A stretch of 63,693 nucleotides of DNA, filler included, from Anaerolineae bacterium (GTDB taxonomy: Bacteria; Chloroflexota; Anaerolineae; B4-G1; DUEL01), in NCBI GenBank assembly GCA_041082215.1. It is 8 parts of 8 records of this genome, joined end to end, with 100 filler letters (N's around TTAATTAATTAA, not from the genome) between each part and the next. Parts side by side here need not be neighbours in the genome. Positions count along the whole stretch, not along the records: positions 25,586 to 57,230 come from JBDOIF010000161.1; 7 more parts are not named here. The stretch is one strand, 5' to 3'. The first letter of the stretch is position 1. The number at the start of each line of letters is the position of its first letter. This document shows positions 39,345 through 48,500 of the stretch, piece after piece. The position numbers and the translations under genes are program-made. Under the pieces are notes generated by a model, which saw only the letters and a list, made by a program, of their open reading frames with translations, ran no database searches and was not told where the DNA came from.

Positions 39345-40940
39345 TCAGAGCAGGGCCGTGTTTCGGCTGTCGTCCCGGTAGTGGCACCCCCGGCTCTGCC
39401 GGTTCTGGTAGGCCGCCTCGGCCACGATCAGCGCCGCCTGCACGGCGTGGCGCAGCCCGATCAGCGCGTCGCTCAGCCGGGAGGTGCGGTAGAAGTCGTC
39501 TATCTCTTCCTTCAGGTGGCGCAGGTCCCGCAGGGCGCGGGCCAGCCGGCCAGCGGAGCGGGCCAGACCGACGTAGTGCCACATTGTGTGCTGGATGGTG
39601 CGCATATCCCGCCAGATGAGGGCAGGGTCCGGCTCCTCCACGCCGGTCTCCTCCCAGGGCGGCACCTGATCCCGGGAGACGATGGCGATGGAGCCCCGCG
39701 CGGCGATGTCCCGCGCCGCCCGGTCTCCCCATACCAGCCCCTCCAGCAACGAGGTGGAGGCCAGCCGGTTGGCCCCGTGCACCCCCGTGCAGGCCACCTC
39801 GCCGACAGCGTAGAGATTGTGTACGGTCGTCCGTCCCCACAGGTCGGTCCACACGCCGCCGCAGAAGTAGTGGGCGGCCGGGACGACCGGGATGGGCTGG
39901 CGGGCGATGTCCAGCCCCAGTTCCAGGCAGCGGGCGTGGATGGTGGGGAACCGCTCCCGGATGCGGTCGGCTGGCAGGGCCGAGGCGATGTCCAGGAGAA
40001 CATAAGGGTACCCGTGCTCGACCATCTCACGGTGGATCGCCCGGGCGACCACATCGCGGGGGGCCAGGTCACCCCATTCGGGGGCATAATCGGCCATGAA
40101 AGGACGGCCATCCGGCGTGAGCAGCCGTCCTCCCTCCCCCCGCACCGCCTCGGAGATCAGGAAGCCCTCCCCCCCGGGCAGGGCCAGTGTGGTAGGGTGG
40201 AACTGGACGTACTCGGCGTTGATGACCCGCGCACCGGCCCGGTAAGCCATAGCCAGGCCGTCGCCTCGCGCCCCTTCGGGGTTGGTGGTGTGGCGGTAGA
40301 TGCGGCCCAGCCCACCGGTGGCCAGGATCGTCGCCCCGGCCAGGTAGCGGCGGACGGCGCGGCTGTTCTGGTCGAAGACGTAGGCCCCGTGGCAGGTGAT
40401 CGGCCCGTAGACGGTCAGCGGGTCGCGGGCATGGTGGGGGAAGGTGATCAGGTCCACTGCGGTGGCTGAGGGGACGATCCGGACGTTGGGCTGCTGGCGC
40501 AGGGCGGCGAGCAGCGCCTGGGCGATCGCCCTGCCGGTGGCGTCGCCGACGTGGAGGATGCGGGGCCGGGAGTGGCCTCCTTCCAGCCCATAGGCCGGCC
40601 AGCCATCAGGGGTTCGGTCGAACGGAACCCCCACCGCCTGGATGAGGACCTCTTCCACCAGTCGCGGCCCTTCCTCGGCCAGGAGGCGGGCGGCGGCGGG
40701 AAGGCTGAGGCCGGCCCCGGCGGCCAGAACGTCCTGGACCAGCAGGTCGGGGCTGTCGTCCTCGCCCAGGGAGACGATGCCACCCTGGGCGTAGCGGGTG
40801 TTGCTCTCCAGCGGGTCGGCGACGCGGGTGATGAGGACGATCTGCCGCTGACGGTCGCCTGCCAGGCGGAGCGCAGCCGCCGCCCCGGCGACGCCACAGC
40901 CGATGATCAGGACGTCGGCCTCTACCGGTTCTCCAGCCAT
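39345..40940 (-). CDS. nadB: L-aspartate oxidase
   Basis: GCGVAG, AQGGI, EGGHSRPRILH, QFHPT, AAHYFCGG, GVHGANRLASTSLLE. Confidence 0.95.
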   Translation of the reverse strand: MAGEPVEADVLIIGCGVAGAAAALRLAGDRQRQIVLITRVADPLESNTRYAQGGIVSLGEDDSPDLLVQDVLAAGAGLSLPAAARLLAEEGPRLVEEVLIQAVGVPFDRTPDGWPAYGLEGGHSRPRILHVGDATGRAIAQALLAALRQQPNVRIVPSATAVDLITFPHHARDPLTVYGPITCHGAYVFDQNSRAVRRYLAGATILATGGLGRIYRHTTNPEGARGDGLAMAYRAGARVINAEYVQFHPTTLALPGGEGFLISEAVRGEGGRLLTPDGRPFMADYAPEWGDLAPRDVVARAIHREMVEHGYPYVLLDIASALPADRIRERFPTIHARCLELGLDIARQPIPVVPAAHYFCGGVWTDLWGRTTVHNLYAVGEVACTGVHGANRLASTSLLEGLVWGDRAARDIAARGSIAIVSRDQVPPWEETGVEEPDPALIWRDMRTIQHTMWHYVGLARSAGRLARALRDLRHLKEEIDDFYRTSRLSDALIGLRHAVQAALIVAEAAYQNRQSRGCHYRDDSRNTALL

Positions 40941-41332
40941 TCGATCTCCACCAGACCTTCCAGGCTGCGGAATTCGGGGTTGCCGGTCACGACAGTGGCC
41001 CCGAGCTTCTCGGCCAGGGCTGCAGCGAAGGCATCTGCATAGGAAAGGGAATGACGAGCCTTCAGATGAGCGGCAGCGAAGGTGAGTTCGCGATCGGCCG
41101 GGACGATTTCCAAAGGGAGATGGTCTATGATACGGATGGCCTCCTCCGTCGCCGGGCGTCCCCCCTGACGCTCACAGATGTACAGGACTTCGCCATAATT
41201 GAGCAGACAAAAGTGTAGATGAACTTCCGCTTTCTGCGCGCTGGTGAGCAGATCCCGCACCCGCTCTGCTCCCGGCTCTCCTCGTAGATAGGCGATGAGG
41301 GCGAAAGCGTCAAGGACGTAATGGCGGCTCAA
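40922..41332 (-). CDS. VapC/PIN toxin
   Basis: YVLDAFA, NYGE, LSYADAF, VVTG. Confidence 0.88.
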   Translation of the reverse strand: MSRHYVLDAFALIAYLRGEPGAERVRDLLTSAQKAEVHLHFCLLNYGEVLYICERQGGRPATEEAIRIIDHLPLEIVPADRELTFAAAHLKARHSLSYADAFAAALAEKLGATVVTGNPEFRSLEGLVEIEWLENR

Positions 41333-41582
41333 TGTCCTGTTCCTCCCTCTCCCGCTCTCTTGCGTGTTCCCTCAGGAGAGCCTGGGTCCATGGCTCACCT
41401 TCTTCGAAGCGTCGAAGGGCGCCAAACCCCTCGGCGACAGGGTCTTTGGGGACCGGTGCGATGGAAAGGATGCCGCCGTAGTCAATGAAATGCACCCGGG
41501 TGCCAGGCTTCAGGCCGTATCTCTCCCGGTATTCCTTGGGAATCACCACCCATCCTTTTGCCGAAACGGTCGCTGTGGTCAT
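41310..41582 (-). CDS. AbrB/MazE-family antitoxin
   Basis: VSAKGWVVIPKEYRERYGLKPG; ATATGGTA/TACCATAT inverted repeat upstream (41594-41629). Confidence 0.88.
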   Translation of the reverse strand: MTTATVSAKGWVVIPKEYRERYGLKPGTRVHFIDYGGILSIAPVPKDPVAEGFGALRRFEEGEPWTQALLREHAREREREEQDIEPPLRP

Positions 41583-41650
41583 ACTTTTTCCCTATATGGT
41601 AATACTTTTCTATATTTAGTATACCATATTGCGGTCAAAAAGGCAACTTC

Positions 41651-42697
41651 CTATACCTTCAGCATCCGCTCCAGCGCCAGGCGGGCCGGTTCTGCGATCC
41701 CGGGTGGGACTGCGATGGGGTTGACCAGCTCGCCACGGGCCAGCCCCTCCAGCACCCGGGCCAGCTTCTCCAGGGTGATGAGGTTCATCGTCCGGCAGTA
41801 ATGGGGTTCGTCGGAGAGGGAGACGATGGACTGCTCCGGGTGTTCCTGTGCCAGTCGGTTGACCAGGTTAAACTCCGTGCCGATGGCCCATTTTGTCCCC
41901 GGAGGCGACTCTGCCACCCGTCGGATGATGTAGGAGGTGGAGCCGACCTCGTCGGCCAGGCCCACCACCTCTGCGGTGCACTCCGGGTGGACCAGGACCC
42001 GCACCTGGGGGTCCTGTTCCCGCCAGGCCCGGACGTGTTCGGGGCGGAAGCGGGTGTGGACGTAGCACCAGCCGGGCCAGAGGAAGAGCCGCGCCCGTCG
42101 GATCCGGTCCCCGGCCTCCGCTTCGGGCGGGCGGCGGGGGTCCCAGAGATAGATCTCCTCCGGCGGGATGCCGATCTGCCGGGCGGTGTTGCGGCCCAGG
42201 TGCTGGTCGGGGAAGAAAAGGACGCGGGGCCGCTGGGAGAGGGCGTGGGTCAGGACGGCCCCGGCGTTGGCCGAGGTGCAGACCAGGCCCCCGTGCTGGC
42301 CGCAGAAGGCCTTGAGGTCGGCCGCCGAGTTGACGTAGGTGACCGGCGTAACCTCCTGCTCCACATCCATCAAGCGGCCCAGATGCTCCCACGCCCGCTC
42401 GACCAGCGGCCGCTCGGCCCTGTCGGCCAGGAAGCAGCCGGCCTCCAGGTCGGGCAGGAGCACCGTCTGGTGGGGCCTGGCCAGGATGGCCGCCGTTTCG
42501 GCCATAAAGTGGACGCCGCAGAAGATGATGTAGCGGGCGTCGGTGCGGACGGCGTCCCGCGCCAGTTGCAGGCTGTCGCCGCGGAAGTCGGCGAAGTGGA
42601 TCACCTCGTCGCGCTGATAATGGTGGCCCAGAATCACCACCTCGCCTTTCAGGTCGGCCTTCAGACGGGCCACGTGGGCCATCCGGTTGTCATTCAC
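41651..42697 (-). CDS. nadA: Quinolinate synthase
   Basis: GHHYQ, FCGVHFMAET, YVNS, CTSAN, HPEC. Confidence 0.95.
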   Translation of the reverse strand: MNDNRMAHVARLKADLKGEVVILGHHYQRDEVIHFADFRGDSLQLARDAVRTDARYIIFCGVHFMAETAAILARPHQTVLLPDLEAGCFLADRAERPLVERAWEHLGRLMDVEQEVTPVTYVNSAADLKAFCGQHGGLVCTSANAGAVLTHALSQRPRVLFFPDQHLGRNTARQIGIPPEEIYLWDPRRPPEAEAGDRIRRARLFLWPGWCYVHTRFRPEHVRAWREQDPQVRVLVHPECTAEVVGLADEVGSTSYIIRRVAESPPGTKWAIGTEFNLVNRLAQEHPEQSIVSLSDEPHYCRTMNLITLEKLARVLEGLARGELVNPIAVPPGIAEPARLALERMLKV

Positions 42698-43560
42698 GGC
42701 AATTCTACCTCCATGCTGAGGTCCAGGGCAGGGGCGGAGTGAGTCAGTGCGCCGACGGAGATGAAATCCACCCCTGTGGCGGCGACGGCGGCCGCCCGCT
42801 CCAGCGTGACGCCGCCGGAGGCCTCCAGCGGAACCCGTCCGGCGGTCAGCCGCACCGCCTCCCGCATCGTGTCGAGGTCGAAGTTATCCAGCATAATCCG
42901 GTCCACCGGCAGTTCCAGCGCTTCCCGGAGTTCGTCCAGGTTTTTGACCTCGACCTCTACAGGCAGGTGGGGATGGGCGGCGCGCGCCCGCCGGACGGCG
43001 GCGGTGATGGAGCCTGCGGCCTCGATGTGGTTATCCTTGATGAGGATCATATCGTAGAGACCCAGGCGATGGTTCTGGCCGCCGCCCATACGGACCGCGT
43101 ACTTCTCCAGGGCGCGCCAGCCCGGGTGGGTCTTGCGCGTGTCCAGGATGACGGCGCGATTGCCTGCCACGGCGTCCACGAAGGCGCGGGTGAGGGTGGC
43201 GATGCCGGAGAGATGCTGGAGGAAGTTGAGGGCGGTCCGTTCGGCGGCGAGCATCCCCCGCGCCGGGCCGACGACTTCGGCCACCCCGTCGCCGGGGACG
43301 ACGCGGTCGCCGTCCGAGCGGAGAGGGGTGAAGCGGATGGCGGGGTCAACCCGGGCGAAGACTGCCTCCGCGACGGGCAGGCCAGCGATCACGCCGGGGG
43401 CCTTGGCGACGATGCGGGCCTGAAGGACGGCGTCGGCGGGCAGCACCGCTTCGGAGGTCGCATCGCCCGGGCCGATGTCCTCGGCGAGGGCCAGTTCGAT
43501 GAGCGGGCGAGCGGCTTCAAGAAGCAGGTCCTGGGGATCGGATAAGGGCTTCTCGGCCAT
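42694..43560 (-). CDS. nadC: Quinolinate phosphoribosyltransferase
   Basis: AERTALN, DTRKT, HRLGLYD..LIKDNH, EVEV, MLDN, EASGG. Confidence 0.96.
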   Translation of the reverse strand: MAEKPLSDPQDLLLEAARPLIELALAEDIGPGDATSEAVLPADAVLQARIVAKAPGVIAGLPVAEAVFARVDPAIRFTPLRSDGDRVVPGDGVAEVVGPARGMLAAERTALNFLQHLSGIATLTRAFVDAVAGNRAVILDTRKTHPGWRALEKYAVRMGGGQNHRLGLYDMILIKDNHIEAAGSITAAVRRARAAHPHLPVEVEVKNLDELREALELPVDRIMLDNFDLDTMREAVRLTAGRVPLEASGGVTLERAAAVAATGVDFISVGALTHSAPALDLSMEVELP

Positions 43561-43601
43561 AGAGCGATGGTTTGCGGAGTGTATGCGTCAGGCTTCAGAC
43601 G

Positions 43602-44327
43602 TCAAATGTCAAATGTCGGGGGCATGGCCCGCTTGTGGGCGGAGCGTTTGATCATTTCTTCGACCCTCTGCAGGGTTACCGGGCTGATCTGGGCCGTATC
43701 CCCCGCCGCCATAGCCTGCAGGACCCGGTCCAGTTCCCGGTAGGTGATCCCCATCTCCCCCTCGTCGGTCTGGCCGGGCCAGAGGCCGGCGGTGGGGGGG
43801 CGTTCGATCACCTCCTGGGGGACGCCCAGTTCGCGGGCCAGTTCCCACACCTGGGTTTTATAGAGGCCGCCCAGGGGCAGGAGGTCTACCCCGCCGTCGC
43901 CGTATTTCGTATAGTAACCAACAGCGATCTCTGTTCGGTTGCCCGAGCCAAGCACGAGGTAGTTGTGGGACTGGGCCAGGTAGTAGAGGGTGATCATGCG
44001 CAGGCGGGGCTTGATGTTGGCGGCGGCGAGGAGGTGGCCGGAGGGGGGGAGGGCGGCGATCAGCGCATCGTAGGTGGGGCTCAGGTCCACCGTGACGGTG
44101 GGGATACCGAACGTCTCCGCCACCTGGCGGGCCAGGCGGCCGTCCTCCGGCTGGGAGTGGCAGGGCATGAGGGCCCCCAGCACCCGTCCGGACCCCACTG
44201 CCCGCACAGCCAGTGCTGCCACTGTGGACGAATCCACCCCGCCGCTCAGCCCGAAGACGAAGCCGTCGGCCCCTGCCTCGGCCAGCCGCTCGAGCAGCCA
44301 CTGGACGATTCGATCGGCAAGAGTCAT
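43602..44327 (-). CDS. nadE: NH3-dependent NAD+ synthetase
   Basis: GLSGGVDS, NIKPRLRM, GYYTKYGDG, PTAGLWPGQTDE. Confidence 0.96.
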   Translation of the reverse strand: MTLADRIVQWLLERLAEAGADGFVFGLSGGVDSSTVAALAVRAVGSGRVLGALMPCHSQPEDGRLARQVAETFGIPTVTVDLSPTYDALIAALPPSGHLLAAANIKPRLRMITLYYLAQSHNYLVLGSGNRTEIAVGYYTKYGDGGVDLLPLGGLYKTQVWELARELGVPQEVIERPPTAGLWPGQTDEGEMGITYRELDRVLQAMAAGDTAQISPVTLQRVEEMIKRSAHKRAMPPTFDI

Positions 44328-44379
44328 CGGGTCCTCCTTGATAAAACATATGACGTGTGACGTATGACGTTGTTGCGTG

Positions 44380-45081
44380 CTACTCCAGGCGGGCCACCAC
44401 CTCCACGCCGTTCAGGGCCATGTGGTACAGGAACAGCCGGTGGAGCAGGTCGCCGTCGTGGGGCATTGCGCCCAGTTGGGCTGCCGTTTCCACCGGCATG
44501 TCGTAGGTCTGCACGCAGTCGGCGGGGACGATGATGCGGGCGTCCCGCAGGCCCAGAACGTTGGCCCGCAGCCGGAGGTACATGGCTGCCTGGTAGATGC
44601 AGAGGTCAGTGCAGTCGCCGACGATGATGAAGGTGGTCACCTGGGGGTGGTTTTCCAGCCAGGCTTCCAGCGCCGTGCCGATACTGGAGCTGATGGACTT
44701 TTTGGGGACGACGGTGAACAGACTGGCGAAGGGGAGGTTGTTCAGCTCGTCAATGGTCTGGCTTTCGGCGGTGCCGGCCACGCAGTGGGGTGGGAAGGCG
44801 CCGAACTCGACCGAATCCGGGTCGTGGGTGTCCTGGGTCAGGAGAAAGTGGCGGACCCCCAGCTCGTGGGCGCGGCGGAAGAGGGAGACCACTGCCGGGA
44901 CGATGCCGGCCACACGGGGGCTGGAAAGCGGCCCTTCGTAGCAGAATCCCTTCACCAGGTCCACCGATACCAGAGCCGCACGGCCCGGATCGGGGAGGAC
45001 GGATGCCAGCGCCATCTTCGGCAGCCCTGCCTCCCATTGGGTCAGCCATTGCAGGAACGGTTCGTGCCTGTTGTTCATCAT
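44380..45081 (-). CDS. Isochorismatase-family cysteine hydrolase, probable nicotinamidase
   Basis: VDLVKGF, DTH, PPHC, GDCTDLC; first gene of the NAD operon. Confidence 0.85.
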   Translation of the reverse strand: MMNNRHEPFLQWLTQWEAGLPKMALASVLPDPGRAALVSVDLVKGFCYEGPLSSPRVAGIVPAVVSLFRRAHELGVRHFLLTQDTHDPDSVEFGAFPPHCVAGTAESQTIDELNNLPFASLFTVVPKKSISSSIGTALEAWLENHPQVTTFIIVGDCTDLCIYQAAMYLRLRANVLGLRDARIIVPADCVQTYDMPVETAAQLGAMPHDGDLLHRLFLYHMALNGVEVVARLE

Positions 45082-45094
45082 CCCTCCTCGCCAA

Positions 45095-45161
45095 TTAGTG
45101 TAATTATGACACTAAATGGGTTGAAAAAGAAAAAGCTCGATTTGTGTAGATTTTACACTAA
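45095..45161. promoter_or_regulatory. Two putative NrtR operators (45095-45115 and 45141-45161)
   Basis: TTAGTGT-N7-ACACTAA and TTTGTGT-N7-ACACTAA match the GT-N7-AC NrtR core. Confidence 0.85.
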
Positions 45162-45170
45162 TCGCGGATT

Positions 45171-45199
45171 ATTATACGCCCAGAGCCGGATTTTGTCAA
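45171..45199 (-). promoter_or_regulatory. Consensus sigma70 promoter of the NAD operon
   Basis: TTGACA-17 nt-TATAAT on the minus strand. Confidence 0.88.
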
Positions 45200-45329
45200 A
45201 CTGCGTGGGACGAGGGGATGTAGTTGAACCTTTTCTAACCACAGAGACACAGAGGACGCAGAGTGCTACAGAAGGTTCAGAGGTCCCCCGGTGTTTCTCT
45301 GTGCCCTCCGTGCCTCTGTAGTTTTTCTC

Positions 45330-46013
45330 CTAGGGGAATAGCCTTCTGGCCTTTACCTCTGCCACAGCATCGTCGCGGAAGCGGTACAGTTTGGCCGGGC
45401 GGCCCTCGCCGGTGCGGTATCCACCGGCCTCCTCGATGACCCCCGCGCTGAGGATCTTGCGCCGGAAGTTGCGCTTATCCAGCTTTTCCCCCAGCACGAC
45501 CTCGTAGGCGGCCTGAAGTTCGCTCAGGGTGAAGGTCTCCGGCAGGAGTTCAAAGCCGACGGCGGTGTATTCCAGCTTGTAGCGGAGCCGCTGGAGGGCG
45601 TAGGCCAGGATGTCGGCGTGGTCGAAGGCCAGCGGCGGCAGATTGTACATAGACCACCAGCGGGCCTCGCCGGCATCGTCTCCGGCGCGGGGGTGGACGG
45701 CGCTGGCGGGGGCGACGGCAAAGTAGGCCACCGTGATCACCCGCCCCCGGGGGTCCCGGTCCGGGTCGCCGAAGGTGTAGAGCTGCTCCAGATAGACATC
45801 GCGGATGCCCGTCTCCTCCTCCAGCTCCCGCAGCGCCGCCTCCTCCAGCGATTCGTCTATGCCGACGAAGCCGCCGGGTATGGCCCACATTCCCTCGTAG
45901 GGCGGATGCCTGCGTTTGATAAGCAGCACCTGCAGGTCGTTATCCCGGAGGGTGAAAAGAATGACGTCCACCGTCACCGAGGGCCGGGGGTAATCTTCCA
46001 GAGCCATTGTCAT
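45330..46013 (-). CDS. nrtR: Nudix-related transcriptional regulator NrtR
   Basis: Nudix box (PGGF..ESLEEAALRELEEETG), LEQLYTF, RDPRGR, LAFDH, wHTH DKRNFRRK. Confidence 0.92.
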   Translation of the reverse strand: MTMALEDYPRPSVTVDVILFTLRDNDLQVLLIKRRHPPYEGMWAIPGGFVGIDESLEEAALRELEEETGIRDVYLEQLYTFGDPDRDPRGRVITVAYFAVAPASAVHPRAGDDAGEARWWSMYNLPPLAFDHADILAYALQRLRYKLEYTAVGFELLPETFTLSELQAAYEVVLGEKLDKRNFRRKILSAGVIEEAGGYRTGEGRPAKLYRFRDDAVAEVKARRLFP

Positions 46014-46065
46014 TTTACTCCCGCTTCTCTATGGGAACCACGGAGCACAGAGGACACAGAGTTTT

Positions 46066-46485
46066 CTATGGCCTTCTCAGGCTTTTCGGTGATTCTCGGT
46101 GCTCTCTCCGCCTCTGTGGTGTGTCTCTGTGGGAACCTCCCGAGGCCAGCGCCTCGACCTCTGGCCAGGATAGCCCTTCCCAGCCGAACCGCTTCCAGTC
46201 CACGTATCCGTGCTCGTCGAACTCCACCCCTTCGGCCTCCAGGAGCGCCCGCTGGAGGTCGGCACTGTGCTCCTGGCAGGAGGTGGAGATGCGACCCTGG
46301 CTGTTGATCACCCGGTGCCAGGGCACATCGGAGCTGTCCGGCAGGCTGTGCAGCGCCCAGCCGACAACCCGGGCTGCGCGGGGGTGGCCCAGCATGCTGG
46401 CGATTGCCCCGTAGGAGGTGACCCTGCCGGGAGGGACCTGTCGAACCAGGCGGTAGACCTGTTCGAAGAAGCCGGTTTTCTCCAT
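46066..46485 (-). CDS. Alkyltransferase-like protein (ATL/YbaZ, MGMT family)
   Basis: VPPGRVTSYG, ARVVG, PWHRV (Trp in place of the catalytic Cys). Confidence 0.88.
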   Translation of the reverse strand: MEKTGFFEQVYRLVRQVPPGRVTSYGAIASMLGHPRAARVVGWALHSLPDSSDVPWHRVINSQGRISTSCQEHSADLQRALLEAEGVEFDEHGYVDWKRFGWEGLSWPEVEALASGGSHRDTPQRRREHRESPKSLRRP

Positions 46486-46593
46486 CTCGCGGATAAGTAT
46501 ATCGGCCTTCAGACAGTTTGCAACCCGGCTACAGCACTGCCCCCTCCCGCACGGAGGGAGGGGGCAGTGAAGGCGGGGGTGTTGCGCTTCCCG

Positions 46594-47730
46594 TTATGGC
46601 ATACGGAAGTGGAAGGACCAGGGGCCGGGAAGCCGGATGTCCTCGCTGGGTCGCTTCGTCAGGTCGGTTCCCACCAGTTCGGTCACTGTCAGCTCCCATT
46701 GGCCGTGATGGTCGGAGAGGGCGTATGGGTAGATGACGCAGTGGCACTCTTCCTGGCCTGCTTCGCCGGTTGGGTTGACGACTCCCCCGAAGAGGCTCTG
46801 CCCATCACCCACATCGAGGGCAGCGATCAGGGTCCAAGCGATGTTCTCCCCGGCGGGTGGTTCGAAGCACAGGAAGGCACGTGTTTCGGAGGGAGCGACC
46901 ACCACCCGTTCCAGCCTTACGGCGACCCCTGCTGACTCTGCTGTTTGCTGCACTTCGATGGTGTATCCGGGGTGGAAGGGTACGCTGAAATCGAAGATGA
47001 AAGGTCCTATCAGGGAGTTTGCGTCGGGCGCTGGCAGCGGTTCCAGTTCCACCACCGTCGGGTCCGGCGGTTCCGCCGGTGGCTGGGCTGAGGTGAGGAA
47101 GGGGCTGGTTGCGTCAGGTGGCAGTGCCACCTTCTCCACCTCTACCACCAGCCGCAGCTTCAGCTCTGCGGGCGCGTCCTCCACACTGGTGGTATCGAAG
47201 CCCAGCACGTAGGCCCCTTCACTGGGGGGCAGCTCGATTCCAAAGATGTCCGACCTGCCGCTTGTTCCCAGCCCGGTCCCCAGGGGGAAGACGGTGCCCC
47301 TGGCGTCGGTCAGCGTCACTCGATATGGGTCGTACCGTTGGCCTTCGGGACCGGCTACGGTGAAACCGACGACAACCCGATTGGCGTCGGCGTAGGCCTG
47401 TTCCAGGGTGACGGTGACACCCTCTTTTGTCTGGCTCAGGTTGAGCTCCTGGGACAGGCTGGCCTGTTCGACGTGCCTGAGGCCAGCCTCCTGCTGGAAG
47501 AGTTGCCTTACGGCGGGGGCTATCGCATAAGCCGCGCTGCCCAGGGCCAGGGACAGAATCAGGATCAGGAGGGCCCAGCCCAGGCGAGTGGTCGGTCTCA
47601 GCCGTTCCCAGCCGGACGGACGGCGCCGGTGTTGTACTCGCGCCTGGATCGCCGGCCAGAGGTCTATATCGTCTGGCACCTGCTGCCTGGCAATCTCCTG
47701 CAAAATCCTGGTAGCTTGTGGTTCTTTCAT
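46594..47730 (-). CDS. Putative anti-sigma factor (DUF4179-like)
   Basis: Short cytoplasmic N-terminus, one TM helix, beta-rich extracellular part; follows the ECF sigma gene. Confidence 0.7.
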   Translation of the reverse strand: MKEPQATRILQEIARQQVPDDIDLWPAIQARVQHRRRPSGWERLRPTTRLGWALLILILSLALGSAAYAIAPAVRQLFQQEAGLRHVEQASLSQELNLSQTKEGVTVTLEQAYADANRVVVGFTVAGPEGQRYDPYRVTLTDARGTVFPLGTGLGTSGRSDIFGIELPPSEGAYVLGFDTTSVEDAPAELKLRLVVEVEKVALPPDATSPFLTSAQPPAEPPDPTVVELEPLPAPDANSLIGPFIFDFSVPFHPGYTIEVQQTAESAGVAVRLERVVVAPSETRAFLCFEPPAGENIAWTLIAALDVGDGQSLFGGVVNPTGEAGQEECHCVIYPYALSDHHGQWELTVTELVGTDLTKRPSEDIRLPGPWSFHFRMP

Positions 47731-47784
47731 CGCGTCACCTCCTGATGACTTGCATTGGGGAGGGGCGGGGAAGGCAGGGGCTGG

Positions 47785-48351
47785 TCAGTCTGCCGATTGT
47801 AAGGGGCGTAGCAATTGCCGCAGCCGCTTCCGCGCCGTGTGAAGACGCCATTTGACCGTCCCACGTGGACAGGCCATCTCATCGGCCATCTCCGCTTCGT
47901 CCAGGCCCAGGTAGTAGCGCAGGACGATCGCCGCCCGCTGTGCCGGCGGGAGTCGGTCCAGCGCAGCCCGGACGGCCTGACAGGTCTCCGCGGCCATAAC
48001 CAGCTCCTCCGGGCCGGGGTCGGGGTCGGCCTGCAGGCTGACCGGGGATGCCTCCTCGGTCTGGGGGTCAGCCTCCAGGGGGATCTCCCGCTGGCGACGG
48101 GCGGCGGCCTTGAGGGCGTCGTTGACCACGCTGCGCAAGAACCAGGGGCCAAACGGGCGCCGGGTATCGAACTGACCAATGCGTTCGTAGGCGCGGAGGA
48201 ACGCGGATTGTACGAGGTCTTCAGCCGTCTCGCGGTCGCCCACGATCAGGTAAGCAGCTCGCACGGCCTGCACCTGATACCGGCGCACCAGCACCTCCAG
48301 TCCCTCAATGTCCCCCCGCTTCATCCGGGCTATGGCTTCCTGCTCTTCCAT
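47785..48351 (-). CDS. ECF RNA polymerase sigma factor
   Basis: AEDLVQSAFLRAY, FGPWF, GTVKWRLHTARKRL. Confidence 0.92.
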   Translation of the reverse strand: MEEQEAIARMKRGDIEGLEVLVRRYQVQAVRAAYLIVGDRETAEDLVQSAFLRAYERIGQFDTRRPFGPWFLRSVVNDALKAAARRQREIPLEADPQTEEASPVSLQADPDPGPEELVMAAETCQAVRAALDRLPPAQRAAIVLRYYLGLDEAEMADEMACPRGTVKWRLHTARKRLRQLLRPLQSAD

Positions 48352-48500
48352 CCGCTCCCCCTCGACGGGCTTTCTGAAAGAGGATCCTCTACTGATATTA
48401 TCCCTCAAAAGGCCGAAAGGTTTGTCGGGGCATTCAGAAGTTTGCAACCCCGTTCAGAGTGGGGTATAATCCGGGCCACATCCCATTGTCGGGGGGAAAG

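Noticed and set aside
45238..45321. CACAGAG repeats as a mini-CRISPR
   Set aside because: Inverted, degenerate short units with no repeat-spacer periodicity.
46066..46485. Inactivated MGMT pseudogene
   Set aside because: PWHRV is the normal signature of ATL proteins.
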